A DNA stretch of 63,845 nucleotides from Chloroflexia bacterium (GCA_038229595.1 JBBROH010000003.1:1-63845); one strand, 5' to 3'; shown: positions 19,735-29,058, numbered from the stretch's first letter. The notes: generated from the sequence alone by a model not told the origin. Program-made: numbers and translations.

Positions 19735-19764
19735 ATTATAGCAAAGCAGGCGGCTCTATGTCAA
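19735..19764 (-). promoter_or_regulatory. Consensus sigma70 promoter for rplU-rpmA
   Basis: TTGACA-N18-TATAAT on the minus strand. Confidence 0.75.
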
Positions 19765-19965
19765 GCAATTTTGGCAGCCAGCCGAGGTTGCCGCCAAGTT
19801 GCGCATCGCTAGATTGCCCAATGGCACAACGGCATCTGCGCTGAGGTCAGCCTGCTCTGCTAGTTCGACACTGTGCCGATAGTAGTGTTCACCCTCCTCT
19901 ATCTTGCCACCCAGGAAAACGATGTTGCCTAGCATATTCAAGGCGTGGCCTTGCAGCGGTAGCAG
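19756..19965 (-). pseudogene. TPR-protein fragment
   Basis: LQGHALNMLGNIVFLGGKIEEGEHYYRHSVELAEQ...LGNLA resembles about 1.5 STAND-type TPR repeats; no real start codon. Confidence 0.45.
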
Positions 19966-20182
19966 CTAAGGTATGTAGGAGAGTTATTATAGTCGCATTG
20001 ATCAGGTGTGAGCATCGTCATTGCCTTGTTGTTCCTCTCTACCCTGCTATTACAACAAAGATACAGGGTTTGTGCTACGATCTGCTTGCTGATCCGCAAC
20101 CCCCACAGCCTGCTGGCTCTGCTAATCAGCTAACGACTCCGCCAGTGGCATGGTGGACGGTGGCTGGGCCTGCCTGCTAGCT

Positions 20183-20210
20183 GAAACTTTCGCTTGCGCC
20201 CTGGTGTAAT
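20183..20210 (+). promoter_or_regulatory. ECF-type promoter (autoregulatory candidate)
   Basis: GAAAC-N16-GTGTAAT; the same motif occurs at 22106 and 26768. Confidence 0.6.
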
Positions 20211-20250
20211 ATGGCTGGGCAATACACCCAGGAGGCAAGGGGGCCGCCCG

Positions 20251-20886
20251 TTGGCAGATGCGGAGGGGAATAGCGACGAACAACTGGCAAAGCTAGCCCA
20301 GTCTGGCGACCAGGAGGCCTTCACCCGCCTGCTGCACAGCTACGAGCTACCGATCTACCATCTGGCCTACCGTCTGTCGGGTGACGCGGAGGAGGCCCGC
20401 GACCTGACCCAGGAAATCTTCGTGCGTGCCTACTTGCGCCTCAGCAGCTACGACCCAACCCGCCGCTTCTTCCCCTGGCTCTACCGGCTGGGGGTCAACT
20501 ACTGCCTCAACCAGCAGCGGCAGCAGCGTCGCCAGCCAACCATCACCCTCAGCAGGCTGGGGCGGTCGCAGTCTGGCGAAGATGAAGATGTGATGTTTGA
20601 CCTACCCGACCTGGCGGCGGGGCCAGCGGAGTTGAGTGAACGGGCCGAGCAGCAGGCCGTGGTCAACGCCGCGATCAGCAAGCTGCCAGCCGACTATCAG
20701 GCGGTGATTGCCCTACGCTATGGGGCTGACCTCGATTATGCTGCTATCGCCGAAACGCTGAACCTGCCGCTTGGCACGGTTAAGACCCGCCTCTTTCGCG
20801 CAAAGGAGAGCCTGCGCCGCGAACTGGGCAAAGGGGAGAAGTTATGGAGAAGGCTAACCGCACCCTACCCTCTGAGGAGCAAGTAG
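20251..20886 (+). CDS. ECF (SigW-like) RNA polymerase sigma factor
   Basis: DEQLAKLAQSGDQEAF, DLTQEIFVRAY, FFPWLYRLGVN, LPLGTVKTRLFRAK; TTG start placed downstream of the ECF promoter. Confidence 0.9.
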   Translation: MADAEGNSDEQLAKLAQSGDQEAFTRLLHSYELPIYHLAYRLSGDAEEARDLTQEIFVRAYLRLSSYDPTRRFFPWLYRLGVNYCLNQQRQQRRQPTITLSRLGRSQSGEDEDVMFDLPDLAAGPAELSERAEQQAVVNAAISKLPADYQAVIALRYGADLDYAAIAETLNLPLGTVKTRLFRAKESLRRELGKGEKLWRRLTAPYPLRSK

Positions 20887-21314
20887 AGAAGATGTTGAGC
20901 TACCGCCCGCCGCTGCGCGAACCACTGGCTCTGCTCAGTAGCGTCCTGCTAGTGCTACCCGCCAGCGTCGCCCCTACGCCTGCGCTGGCGGGTCGTTGGC
21001 GGCTGTTGGTCGCGGCATTGTGCGCGCTAGGCCTGCTGCTCACGCTCGCCCCCGATACCTACCTGCTCAACCTGCTGCTCACCGCCCTCGGCGACTTGCC
21101 TGGCACCGGCGGCAACGTAGGGCAGGGGATTAGCGATTGGATCGGCAGCCCTAGTGTCGGCTCTGGCAGCATCACCCAGGAGTTGATCACCCAACACCCA
21201 GTCGTCTTGCTCGGCCTCTGCGTGCTGGTTGTCAGCTTGCTCGGCCTGCTCTACCAGGCGTTGAGCAGCCCCCTCCCCCGGCAGGCGGCAGGGCGAAGGC
21301 TGGCTCAGCGATGA
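20844..21314 (+). CDS. Putative membrane anti-sigma factor
   Basis: Overlaps the sigma stop; short cytoplasmic N-terminus plus two TMs; role inferred from position only. Confidence 0.55.
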   Translation: MEKANRTLPSEEQVEKMLSYRPPLREPLALLSSVLLVLPASVAPTPALAGRWRLLVAALCALGLLLTLAPDTYLLNLLLTALGDLPGTGGNVGQGISDWIGSPSVGSGSITQELITQHPVVLLGLCVLVVSLLGLLYQALSSPLPRQAAGRRLAQR

Positions 21315-22057
21315 GCGAACAGGTAAAGCGTAGCCAGCGCACCTGGCTGCTGGTGGCGGCTCTGGCCGGGCTAGCCCTGTTGTGCGCCTTGCTCGTCAGC
21401 ATCTTCTTCCCGCTGGAGGGCGATGCTGCCCTGGTGCAGTTTGGCAGGCGCGGGGTGGAGGTGACTACGCCCTTTGCGGGTGGCCCGCCCCCGATGCTAC
21501 CACCCTCTGGAGAGCAGCCCGATTTCCCGCGCAATCGGCAGGGGGTCTTCTTCATCCAACAATTGAGCGGTTTCTACCGCTACCTAGCGCAGTTGGTGGT
21601 GCTGCTGGGGGCGGCCCTGCTGACCTTCTTTTTCGTGCCACGACGGGTTGGCGCAGGCGCAGCGATCTTGCGGGGCGGCCCAGCTTATGGCCTACGCGCG
21701 CTGCTCGTTGGCTTCCTCAGCCTGCTCGCCGCCGTTGCCCTCTCCTATCTCAGCGCAATCAGCACTATCGGCCCAGCAGTCATCATCCTCGCGCTGATCG
21801 TGCTGGTGCCAGCCTTGCTAGTGGGTGCCTGCGTGGTGGCCCTCGCTATCGGGCGCAGCCTGGCAGCCCGCGTTGGTGCGCCACTAGCCCAGCCGCTCCC
21901 CGACCTGCTAGCAGGCTTGCTCGTCCTCTTTATGATCAACCTGATCCCCTATGCTGGGCCGCCGCTCGGTTTGCTGACCCTCCTCAGCGGCCTTGGTGGC
22001 CTGCTCTTTAGCCTACGTGGCGACCGCCGCACGGCCCTCGACGAACTCGACTACTAG
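21311..22057 (+). CDS. Multi-pass membrane protein
   Basis: 248 aa, about 6 hydrophobic segments, ATGA overlap with the preceding gene. Confidence 0.7.
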   Translation: MSEQVKRSQRTWLLVAALAGLALLCALLVSIFFPLEGDAALVQFGRRGVEVTTPFAGGPPPMLPPSGEQPDFPRNRQGVFFIQQLSGFYRYLAQLVVLLGAALLTFFFVPRRVGAGAAILRGGPAYGLRALLVGFLSLLAAVALSYLSAISTIGPAVIILALIVLVPALLVGACVVALAIGRSLAARVGAPLAQPLPDLLAGLLVLFMINLIPYAGPPLGLLTLLSGLGGLLFSLRGDRRTALDELDY

Positions 22058-22105
22058 CCCCAGCCCCTGCTAAGGTTAAAGCAGGATTAAGGCTAGCCGC
22101 TGGCG

Positions 22106-22132
22106 GGAACATTGCCGCCAGCCTGGTGTAAT
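22106..22132 (+). promoter_or_regulatory. ECF-type promoter for the exporter operon
   Basis: GGAAC-N15-GTGTAAT. Confidence 0.6.
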
Positions 22133-22184
22133 GCAAGCAGAAGTTGAGTTTCCACCAACACCGTTAGCTATAGGAGAGTAGGTA

Positions 22185-24581
22185 ATGAACAACGCAGTCA
22201 AGTGGATCGGGGGCATCCTGGCAGTTGCTCTGCTGGTGGTCGCCGCCGCCTTCATCCTCAACAAGCCGCAGGGCAGCACCGCCGCCACTACCGTGCAGCT
22301 TGCCCAGGCCACACGGGGGACAATCCAGGCATCAGTTAGCAGCAACGGCTCGGTGCAACCCGCTGCTGACCTCAATCTCAGCTTTGGCGCAAGTGGAGCG
22401 GTGACCGCAATCAAGGTCAAGACCGGCCAGCGGGTGGTGGCTGCTGCGGTGCTGGCGACGATTGACGATAGCCAGTTGCAGCAGGCCGTGCAGCAGTCGG
22501 AGGCCAATCTCGCCTCGGCCCAGGCCAGCCTCGCCAAGACGAAGGCGGGGGCGACTGCCAAAGACCTCGCCAACGCCGAAGCCAGCCTGCGTTCGGCCCA
22601 GGCCAAGTACAACGCGGTCAAGAGCGGCAGCAGCACGGCAGTCGACCTTGCCAGCGCACAGGCCCAGCTAGACAGCGCGAAGGCCAAGCTAGCCCAATTG
22701 AAGGCTGGCCCCACCGCCGCCGAAATTGCCAGCGCAAAGTCGCAGGTAGCCGCTGCCAAAATCAAGCTCGAACAGACCAAGACTGGCAACTACAGTACGT
22801 CCGACATCGCTAACGCGAAGGCGCAACTGGACAGTGCGAAGGCCAAGCTAGCTTCGGTCAAGGCGGGCAGCTATACCGCCAGCGATATCGCCAACGCGAA
22901 GGCGCAACTGGACAGCGCGAAGGCTAAGCTAGCCTCGGTGCAGAAGGGTAGCTATTCGGCTAGCGATATTGCCAACGCGAAGGCGCAACTGGACAGCGCG
23001 AAGGCCAAGCTAGCCGCGGTGCAGGCTGGCCCCACTAGCGCAGACCTCAGCACCGCCCAGTTGAAGGTGACGAGCGCACAGACCAGCCTCGACAAGACGA
23101 TCTCGCAGCAGCAGGCCAGCGTGGATAGCGCGCAGGTTGCCCGCGACCAGGCTGACAACGCGGTGCGGAAGGCACAGGGTAGCTATGCCACCGCTTACGA
23201 CAACTACTACAACGCCGACGGCACGACCAAAGACGACCCGCGTGGCACCATCAAGTCCAGCTTCGACCAGGCTAACCGCGACTTGCAGGACGCGAGCGGC
23301 AACCAGCAGAAGGCGGCCAACAGCTACAACGACGCGCTAATCCAGCAGAAGAACACGCTTGCTGCTGCTCAGGCCAGCCTCGACGACGCGAAGAAGCAGC
23401 TAGCCGACCTGACGGCTGGGCCAAAGGCTAGCGACCTCGCCGCAGCCCAGGCCAGCGTAACCTCGGCCCAGGCCAGCTTCGACAAGGCGGTAGCCCCCGC
23501 GACCGAAGCAGACGTGGCCGCAGCCCAGGCCAGCGTAACCTCGGCCCAGGCCAACTTCGACAAGACCCTCGCCACCCCAACCGAAGCAGACGTGGCCGCA
23601 GCCCAGGCCAGCGTAACCTCGGCCCAGGCCAACTTCGACAAGATGACGAAGGGGGGTACTGCCCTCGATGTGGCCTCGGCCCAGGAGTCGCTCAAGCAGG
23701 CGCAGGCCAGCTACGACAAACTGGTGGCCCCACCGACCGCCAGCGACCTCGCTGCCGCCGAAGCCAGCATCGCCAGCGCACAAGCCAGCTACGACAAGGC
23801 GGCGCAGGGTGGCACTGCCAACGACCTCATCCAGGCTCAGGCCAGTGTAGACCAGGCCAATGCTACCCTCACCGACCTCCAGAATGGGCCACGCAGCGAA
23901 GACATCGCGGTGTCAATGGCTAGCGTCAAGCAGTCGGAGGCCAGCCTCGAAGTGAATCGGCTCAAGCTGAAGAACGCCACGCTCACCGCGCCCTTCAGTG
24001 GCGTAGTCAACGCCGTGAACATCATCCCCGGCCAGTCGCTTACTGGCAACGAAACCGCTGTTGAACTGGTAGACGATAGTAGCTACCACGTAGACCTCTA
24101 CATTGGTGAAGCGGACATCGCCAAAGTTAAGCTGGACAATGCGGTGAACCTCACCTTCGACGCTATCGCTGGCACCACCGTGCAAGGCAAGGTGACGTTC
24201 GTCGCCAGCAAGAGTACGGTTAGCTCCAACGTCGTCACCTACCTGACCACTGTCACGCTCGACAAGGCATCGGCGGCGGCAGTGCGGGCGGGGATGACCG
24301 CCAACGCCACCGTGGTCTACGAAGCCAAGAGCAACGCCCTGCTGGTGCCGAACAAGGCAATTCGCAGCCAGAGCGGTCAGCGCATCGTCACCGTCCGCAG
24401 TGGCGGCCAGAACCACGAGCTAGTGGTTACCACCGGCCTCAACGACGGCACCAACACCGAAATCGCCAGCGTCGTCAGTGGCGGCGACCTTGCGGACGGT
24501 GACAGTGTGGTGCTGAACACCACTGCTACCACCACTACGACGACTACCCGTGGCGGCGGTGGCCTGGGAGGGCTACGCTGA
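22185..24581 (+). CDS. Efflux membrane-fusion (HlyD/MacA/YknX-like) adaptor with greatly extended coiled coil
   Basis: N-terminal TM, lipoyl half-motifs (LSFGASGAVTAIKVKTGQRV; TLTAPFSGVV), beta-barrel, VRAGMTANATV, LLVPNKAI; about 500 aa Ala/Gln/Ser repeat insert. Confidence 0.9.
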   Translation: MNNAVKWIGGILAVALLVVAAAFILNKPQGSTAATTVQLAQATRGTIQASVSSNGSVQPAADLNLSFGASGAVTAIKVKTGQRVVAAAVLATIDDSQLQQAVQQSEANLASAQASLAKTKAGATAKDLANAEASLRSAQAKYNAVKSGSSTAVDLASAQAQLDSAKAKLAQLKAGPTAAEIASAKSQVAAAKIKLEQTKTGNYSTSDIANAKAQLDSAKAKLASVKAGSYTASDIANAKAQLDSAKAKLASVQKGSYSASDIANAKAQLDSAKAKLAAVQAGPTSADLSTAQLKVTSAQTSLDKTISQQQASVDSAQVARDQADNAVRKAQGSYATAYDNYYNADGTTKDDPRGTIKSSFDQANRDLQDASGNQQKAANSYNDALIQQKNTLAAAQASLDDAKKQLADLTAGPKASDLAAAQASVTSAQASFDKAVAPATEADVAAAQASVTSAQANFDKTLATPTEADVAAAQASVTSAQANFDKMTKGGTALDVASAQESLKQAQASYDKLVAPPTASDLAAAEASIASAQASYDKAAQGGTANDLIQAQASVDQANATLTDLQNGPRSEDIAVSMASVKQSEASLEVNRLKLKNATLTAPFSGVVNAVNIIPGQSLTGNETAVELVDDSSYHVDLYIGEADIAKVKLDNAVNLTFDAIAGTTVQGKVTFVASKSTVSSNVVTYLTTVTLDKASAAAVRAGMTANATVVYEAKSNALLVPNKAIRSQSGQRIVTVRSGGQNHELVVTTGLNDGTNTEIASVVSGGDLADGDSVVLNTTATTTTTTTRGGGGLGGLR
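22791..23033 (+). repeat. Three tandem 81-bp (27-aa) coding repeats
   Basis: Y-x-x-SDIANAKAQLDSAKAKLA-x-V units starting at 22791, 22872, 22953. Confidence 0.9.
23442..23675 (+). repeat. Three tandem 78-bp (26-aa) coding repeats
   Basis: GCAGCCCAGGCCAGCGTAACCTCGGCCCAGGCCA at 23442, 23520, 23598. Confidence 0.9.
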
Positions 24582-24624
24582 GCAGCCGCCGCATCCTCGG
24601 CAGCGGGCAGGTTAAGGAGATAGA

Positions 24625-25431
24625 ATGAACAACCACACCGTAATCCAGGCAGAGAACCTCGTCAAGTCGTATCAGATGGGCGACGTGAAGGTAAACGCCC
24701 TGCGCGGGGTCAGCTTCCAGGTGCAGAGTGGCGAACTGGTGGCAATTATGGGGCCGTCTGGCTCTGGCAAGTCTACCCTGATGAACCTGCTCGGTTGCCT
24801 CGATGCGCCAACCAGTGGCCGCTATATCCTCGACGGCGACGATGTGGGCAAGTTGAGCGGCAAGGTGCTGGCGAAGGCGCGCAGCAAGAAGATTGGCTTC
24901 GTCTTCCAGCAATTCAACCTGCTGCGCCGCACTTCGGCTCTGGAGAACGTAGAGTTGCCGATGATGTATGCGGGGATTGGCAGCGGGAAGGATAGGCGAG
25001 CGCGGGCGACCAGCGTGCTGCAAGCTGTCGGCCTCGGCGACCGCCTCTTTCACCAGCCCAACGAACTCTCTGGCGGCCAGCAGCAGCGCGTTGCCATTGC
25101 GCGCGCTCTGGTCAACAACCCCGCCATCCTGCTGGCTGACGAGCCGACTGGCAACCTCGACAGCACCGCCAGTGCGGAGATTATGGCTATCTTCCAGCGG
25201 CTCAACCAGACGCAGGGTATCACCGTCATCTTTGTTACGCACGAGCCAGAAATCGCGCAGCACACCCGCCGCATTATCCGCATCCGCGACGGCCTGCTTG
25301 CCGCCGACGAGCCAGTATTGGCTCCTATCGTGATTGGGGCTAGCCCGCCAGTGCAGCCCGAAGGGTCGGCTGCCACGCACAGCATGAACGGCAGTAGCGA
25401 ATTGGTCAAGGTGGCTGGCCTAACCAGCTAG
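24625..25431 (+). CDS. ABC transporter ATP-binding protein (MacB/LolD/YknY type)
   Basis: GPSGSGKST, GFVFQQFNLL, LSGGQQQRVAIARAL, LLADEPTGNLD. Confidence 0.93.
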   Translation: MNNHTVIQAENLVKSYQMGDVKVNALRGVSFQVQSGELVAIMGPSGSGKSTLMNLLGCLDAPTSGRYILDGDDVGKLSGKVLAKARSKKIGFVFQQFNLLRRTSALENVELPMMYAGIGSGKDRRARATSVLQAVGLGDRLFHQPNELSGGQQQRVAIARALVNNPAILLADEPTGNLDSTASAEIMAIFQRLNQTQGITVIFVTHEPEIAQHTRRIIRIRDGLLAADEPVLAPIVIGASPPVQPEGSAATHSMNGSSELVKVAGLTS

Positions 25432-25451
25432 CGCAAGTAGAGGTAACAACA

Positions 25452-26726
25452 ATGGGCCTGATGCAAAGTACCAGGATTGCGGTCAAGAGTCTGGCCGCCA
25501 ACAAGCTACGCTCTGTGCTGACCATGCTGGGGATTATCATCGGTGTAGCAGCGGTAATCGCGCTGCTCTCGCTCGGCAACGGCACCACCAAGAGCATCAC
25601 CAGCCAGCTTACCGCAAATGGCACAAACCTGATAACGGTGCGGCCCGGTAGCGGCGGCTTCGGGCCGGGTGGCGCACGTGGTGGGCAGGGGGGGGCGCAA
25701 ACCCTCACCTACGAGGATGCTATCGCCTTGCAGAACACCGACAAGGTGCCGAGTGCCGCCGCGATTGTGCCGCAGGTGACCAGCCAGGGGCAGGTTGTCT
25801 ATCAAGGAACGAACAATAGCTACAGCGTGATTGGCACTACCAGCGACTACGCTACCGCCTACAGCGTCAGTGCGGCCAGCGGCGACTGGTTCGGCCCTGG
25901 CGAACTGAGCGGCATCCAGAACGTCGCCCTGATTGGCCCCAACGTTGCTAGCGACCTGTTCCAGGGTGAAGACCCTGTCGGCCAGACCATCCAAATCAAC
26001 CGCCTCAGCTTCCGGGTGGTCGGCGTGCTGACCAAGAAGGGCGGCAACACCTTCGGCAGCAGCGACGACCAGGTGTTCATCCCAATTACTACCGCCTACA
26101 CTAAGCTATCTGGCCGCAAGGCTGCCACTGGGGTGGTCGGCCACCCGATCAACAACATCACCATCCAGGCGGTTGACGACAAACACACCGATAGCGTGCA
26201 GACTGAAGCGACCGCCGTGCTGCGCGAACGCCACCGTACTACTGAGGGGACTGATGACTTCAGTATGCTAAACCAGGCTTCGCTGCTCACTACCCTGACG
26301 GGCGTGCTGGCAGCAATCACCGGCTTCCTCGGCGCAATCGCCTTCATCTCTCTGCTGGTCGGTGGCATCGGCATCATGAACATCATGCTAGTCAGCGTTA
26401 CCGAGCGGACGCGGGAGATTGGCGTGCGGAAGGCGGTAGGGGCAACCGAGGGCAATATCCTCACCCAATTCCTGGTTGAGGCAGTAGTAATCAGCTTGCT
26501 GGGGGGCTTGATTGGCATCGGCCTGGGGGCGGGCATCAGCTACGCGGTCAGTTCGCTGGGGGCGCGCTTCGCCCTCTTTGGCAGCAGCACCATCGCCTCA
26601 CAGATTGACCTCGGCTCCGTCCTGCTCGCCTTTGGCTTCAGTGCAGCAATCGGCCTGTTCTTTGGCATCTACCCCGCCCGCCGCGCCGCCCGCCTCAACC
26701 CGATTGAAGCCCTGCGCTACGAATAG
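25452..26726 (+). CDS. ABC transporter permease (MacB/FtsX/YknZ type)
   Basis: RSVLTMLGIIIGVAAVI, GGIGIMNIMLVSVTERTREIGVRKAVGA, YPARRAARLNPIEALRYE. Confidence 0.93.
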   Translation: MGLMQSTRIAVKSLAANKLRSVLTMLGIIIGVAAVIALLSLGNGTTKSITSQLTANGTNLITVRPGSGGFGPGGARGGQGGAQTLTYEDAIALQNTDKVPSAAAIVPQVTSQGQVVYQGTNNSYSVIGTTSDYATAYSVSAASGDWFGPGELSGIQNVALIGPNVASDLFQGEDPVGQTIQINRLSFRVVGVLTKKGGNTFGSSDDQVFIPITTAYTKLSGRKAATGVVGHPINNITIQAVDDKHTDSVQTEATAVLRERHRTTEGTDDFSMLNQASLLTTLTGVLAAITGFLGAIAFISLLVGGIGIMNIMLVSVTERTREIGVRKAVGATEGNILTQFLVEAVVISLLGGLIGIGLGAGISYAVSSLGARFALFGSSTIASQIDLGSVLLAFGFSAAIGLFFGIYPARRAARLNPIEALRYE

Positions 26727-26767
26727 CCAGGGGGAGATTAGAGCAGGGTTAGAGCCGCCGCCCAGCC

Positions 26768-26795
26768 GGAACATCGCAGGGGGCAGCGGTGTAAT
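26768..26795 (+). promoter_or_regulatory. ECF-type promoter
   Basis: GGAAC-N16-GTGTAAT. Confidence 0.6.
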
Positions 26796-26842
26796 GTAAG
26801 CAGCTAGCGACCCTCGTCGCAATCACAACAAGGAGCATAGTA

Positions 26843-27727
26843 GTGAAAAGTATTAACCTCAAGGTAGTTGGCAGCGTCGTCGCGGTGACTTTCGTCGCCA
26901 TCGCCACCGCCGCCTTCCTGATTGTCCAGCCGGGAGCGGCAGCAGCCACGCCCGCCAGCATCGTCGGCCAGGCCAGCACGATAGCCCAGGTTGGCGCAAG
27001 CCCCACCGCCAGCACTGGTAGCAGCGCGGCTACACCGTCGGCTAAGCCACAGGGCGACTTCCAGCAGTACGCCGACCTCTACCAGCAGAAGCTGGCGGAC
27101 GGAGTGGGCGTGAGCAAGGACAAGCTCGCCACCGCCCAGAAGGACGCGAGCAAGGCCGTAGTAGCCCAGATGGTCAAGGACGGTAAGCTGAGCCAGGCCC
27201 AGGCCGACGCGCTTAACCTGCGGATTGACGCTGGCACGGGCGAGGGCTTCTTCGGCGGCCACGGCATGGGGCGTGGCATGGACGACCCTGGCATGATGGG
27301 GAGGGGCGGCATGATGGGCGGCATGATGGGCGAGATGAGCAAGGTTGTGGCGGCGGTTGCTGCCAAGCTCGGCCTGACCAGTGAGCAACTGCTTAGCGAG
27401 ATGCGGGGCGGCAAGAGCCTGCTGGCTATCGCTAAGGAGAAGAATATTAGCGAGGCCGACCTGAAGGCCACCATCGTCGCCACCCTGAAGCCAATCCTTG
27501 ACCAGGCAGTGAAGGATAGCAAGCTGACCCAGGCCCAGGAGGATGCGACCCTCAAGCAGGTGCAAGACGCAGACCTGAGCAAGGGTTTTGGCTTCGGGCT
27601 GCGCGGTATGGGCGGCCCTGGCATGGGCAACCACCAGCGTGGCATGGGCGGCATGGGTGGCTGGGGCAACCAGACGCAGAACCAGGATACCCAGGACCAG
27701 GATGACAGCAGCACCCAGAACGGCTAG
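26843..27727 (+). CDS. Exported helical protein with Gly/Met-rich segments (Spy/CpxP-like candidate)
   Basis: Signal/TM segment; two repeats ending LSQAQADAL and LTQAQEDATL; GM-rich linkers. Confidence 0.65.
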   Translation: MKSINLKVVGSVVAVTFVAIATAAFLIVQPGAAAATPASIVGQASTIAQVGASPTASTGSSAATPSAKPQGDFQQYADLYQQKLADGVGVSKDKLATAQKDASKAVVAQMVKDGKLSQAQADALNLRIDAGTGEGFFGGHGMGRGMDDPGMMGRGGMMGGMMGEMSKVVAAVAAKLGLTSEQLLSEMRGGKSLLAIAKEKNISEADLKATIVATLKPILDQAVKDSKLTQAQEDATLKQVQDADLSKGFGFGLRGMGGPGMGNHQRGMGGMGGWGNQTQNQDTQDQDDSSTQNG

Positions 27728-27818
27728 CCGCCTCCGCCTTTGGCGGGAGCCAGCCAGCTAACTTTGATTGGCAGGGGCGGCGCAACCACGCTGCCCCTTG
27801 ATTAGAGGAGGAAAGAGG

Positions 27819-28460
27819 ATGACTGAAGATAGAAGCCTGCTGCCTGCTATCGAGCAGAGCCAGGCACCCCGCCCACCGGCTAAGGGTATCAATGTTCCCA
27901 CCTTCATCGTCTCGCTCGTCCTTGTCGCTGGGCTGGCAGGCGGGGCGGGCTGGTTCGTTGGCAACAGCGGCGGCGATGCGAAGGCTTACCAGCTATTCCG
28001 CGACAGCCCGATTGGCTTCATCCAGGCGGCCTGCACTGGCGGCCAAAGTTGTAACTTCCCTGGTGGTGGCGCATTTGGGGGCGGCGGCTTTGGGGCTGGC
28101 GGCGCGGCGACGGGCAGCACGGGGGCGGCGGGCGGCACTGGCACCCAGGCCAATCGCGGCACTGGCGCACGGGGCGGCTTCGGCGGCGGCACCCAGGGCA
28201 AGGTGACGGCAATTAAAGGTGATACCCTGACGGTGGAGACGGCAGACAAGTCGCTGACCGTCAAGCTGAGCAGCAGCACTACGGTGAGCGCAGTAGAACA
28301 GAAGCAGGCTAGCGACCTGAAGGTGGGCGACCGCATCACCGTGCAGGGCCAGACCAGCGGCGATACCGTGACCGCCAACCGCATCATCCTCGGTAGTCTG
28401 ACCAGCCTGTTCCCCGGTGCAGGTGGGGCTGGTAGTCAGGCCACGCCGGTTGCACCTTGA
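27819..28460 (+). CDS. Membrane-anchored Gly-rich protein with DUF5666-like beta domain
   Basis: TM helix, Gly-rich linker, GKVTAIKGDTLTV...DLKVGDRITVQG; ATG after AGAGG. Confidence 0.65.
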   Translation: MTEDRSLLPAIEQSQAPRPPAKGINVPTFIVSLVLVAGLAGGAGWFVGNSGGDAKAYQLFRDSPIGFIQAACTGGQSCNFPGGGAFGGGGFGAGGAATGSTGAAGGTGTQANRGTGARGGFGGGTQGKVTAIKGDTLTVETADKSLTVKLSSSTTVSAVEQKQASDLKVGDRITVQGQTSGDTVTANRIILGSLTSLFPGAGGAGSQATPVAP

Positions 28461-28542
28461 CGCTGGTACACCGCTTGCTTCTAGCCCGACAAGGCGGGCG
28501 GCAGCTTAGCCGTCCAGCAGAGCTAATTAAGGAGCAAGTACA

Positions 28543-29058
28543 ATGGCTGACAGCAACCAGAATGAACATAGCCAGAGCGAAGATGTAAATAAGCTGGCTG
28601 AAATGATTAAGGGTATCCGCATTGCTATGCTAACTACGGCGGATGAAGATGGTAGCCTGCGTAGCCGCCCAATGGCAACCCAGGATGCGGACTTCGATGG
28701 TACGCTCTGGTTCTTCACCGCTGACGACTCGCCGAAGGTGGATGAGGTGCAGAAGGAGCGGCACGTCAACCTCAGCTTCGCCGATGGCGGCAAGAACCGC
28801 TACGTCTCGGTCAGTGGCACGGCCACCCTGGTCAAGGATGAGGCGAAGATGAAGGAGCTATACTCGCCCTTCATCAAGGGCTGGTTCCCTGACGGCCTCG
28901 AAGACCCCAAGCTCGCTCTGCTCAAAGTGGAGGTGAGCCAGGCCGAGTACTGGGACGCGCCGAACAACACTGTGGTGAGGTTGGCTGGTTTCGTCAAAGC
29001 TCTGATTACCCACCAGCCGATTCAGGCTGGCGAGAACGAGAAGATAGACCTCAAGTAG
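28543..29058 (+). CDS. Pyridoxamine 5'-phosphate oxidase-like general stress protein (YdaG/Gsp26 type)
   Basis: IAMLTT...LRSRPMATQ, LWFFT, YVSVSGTA, GWFPDGLEDP, AEYWDAP. Confidence 0.9.
   Translation: MADSNQNEHSQSEDVNKLAEMIKGIRIAMLTTADEDGSLRSRPMATQDADFDGTLWFFTADDSPKVDEVQKERHVNLSFADGGKNRYVSVSGTATLVKDEAKMKELYSPFIKGWFPDGLEDPKLALLKVEVSQAEYWDAPNNTVVRLAGFVKALITHQPIQAGENEKIDLK

Noticed and set aside
19940-20030. 27-aa Cys-containing peptide MTMLTPDQCDYNNSPTYLSCYRCKATP on the minus strand (possible RiPP precursor)
   Set aside because: No modifying enzymes nearby, and it overlaps a degraded TPR fragment in AT-rich DNA
22791-23675. 81/78-bp repeats as CRISPR or non-coding repeats
   Set aside because: They are in-frame coding repeats with synonymous variation and no unique spacers
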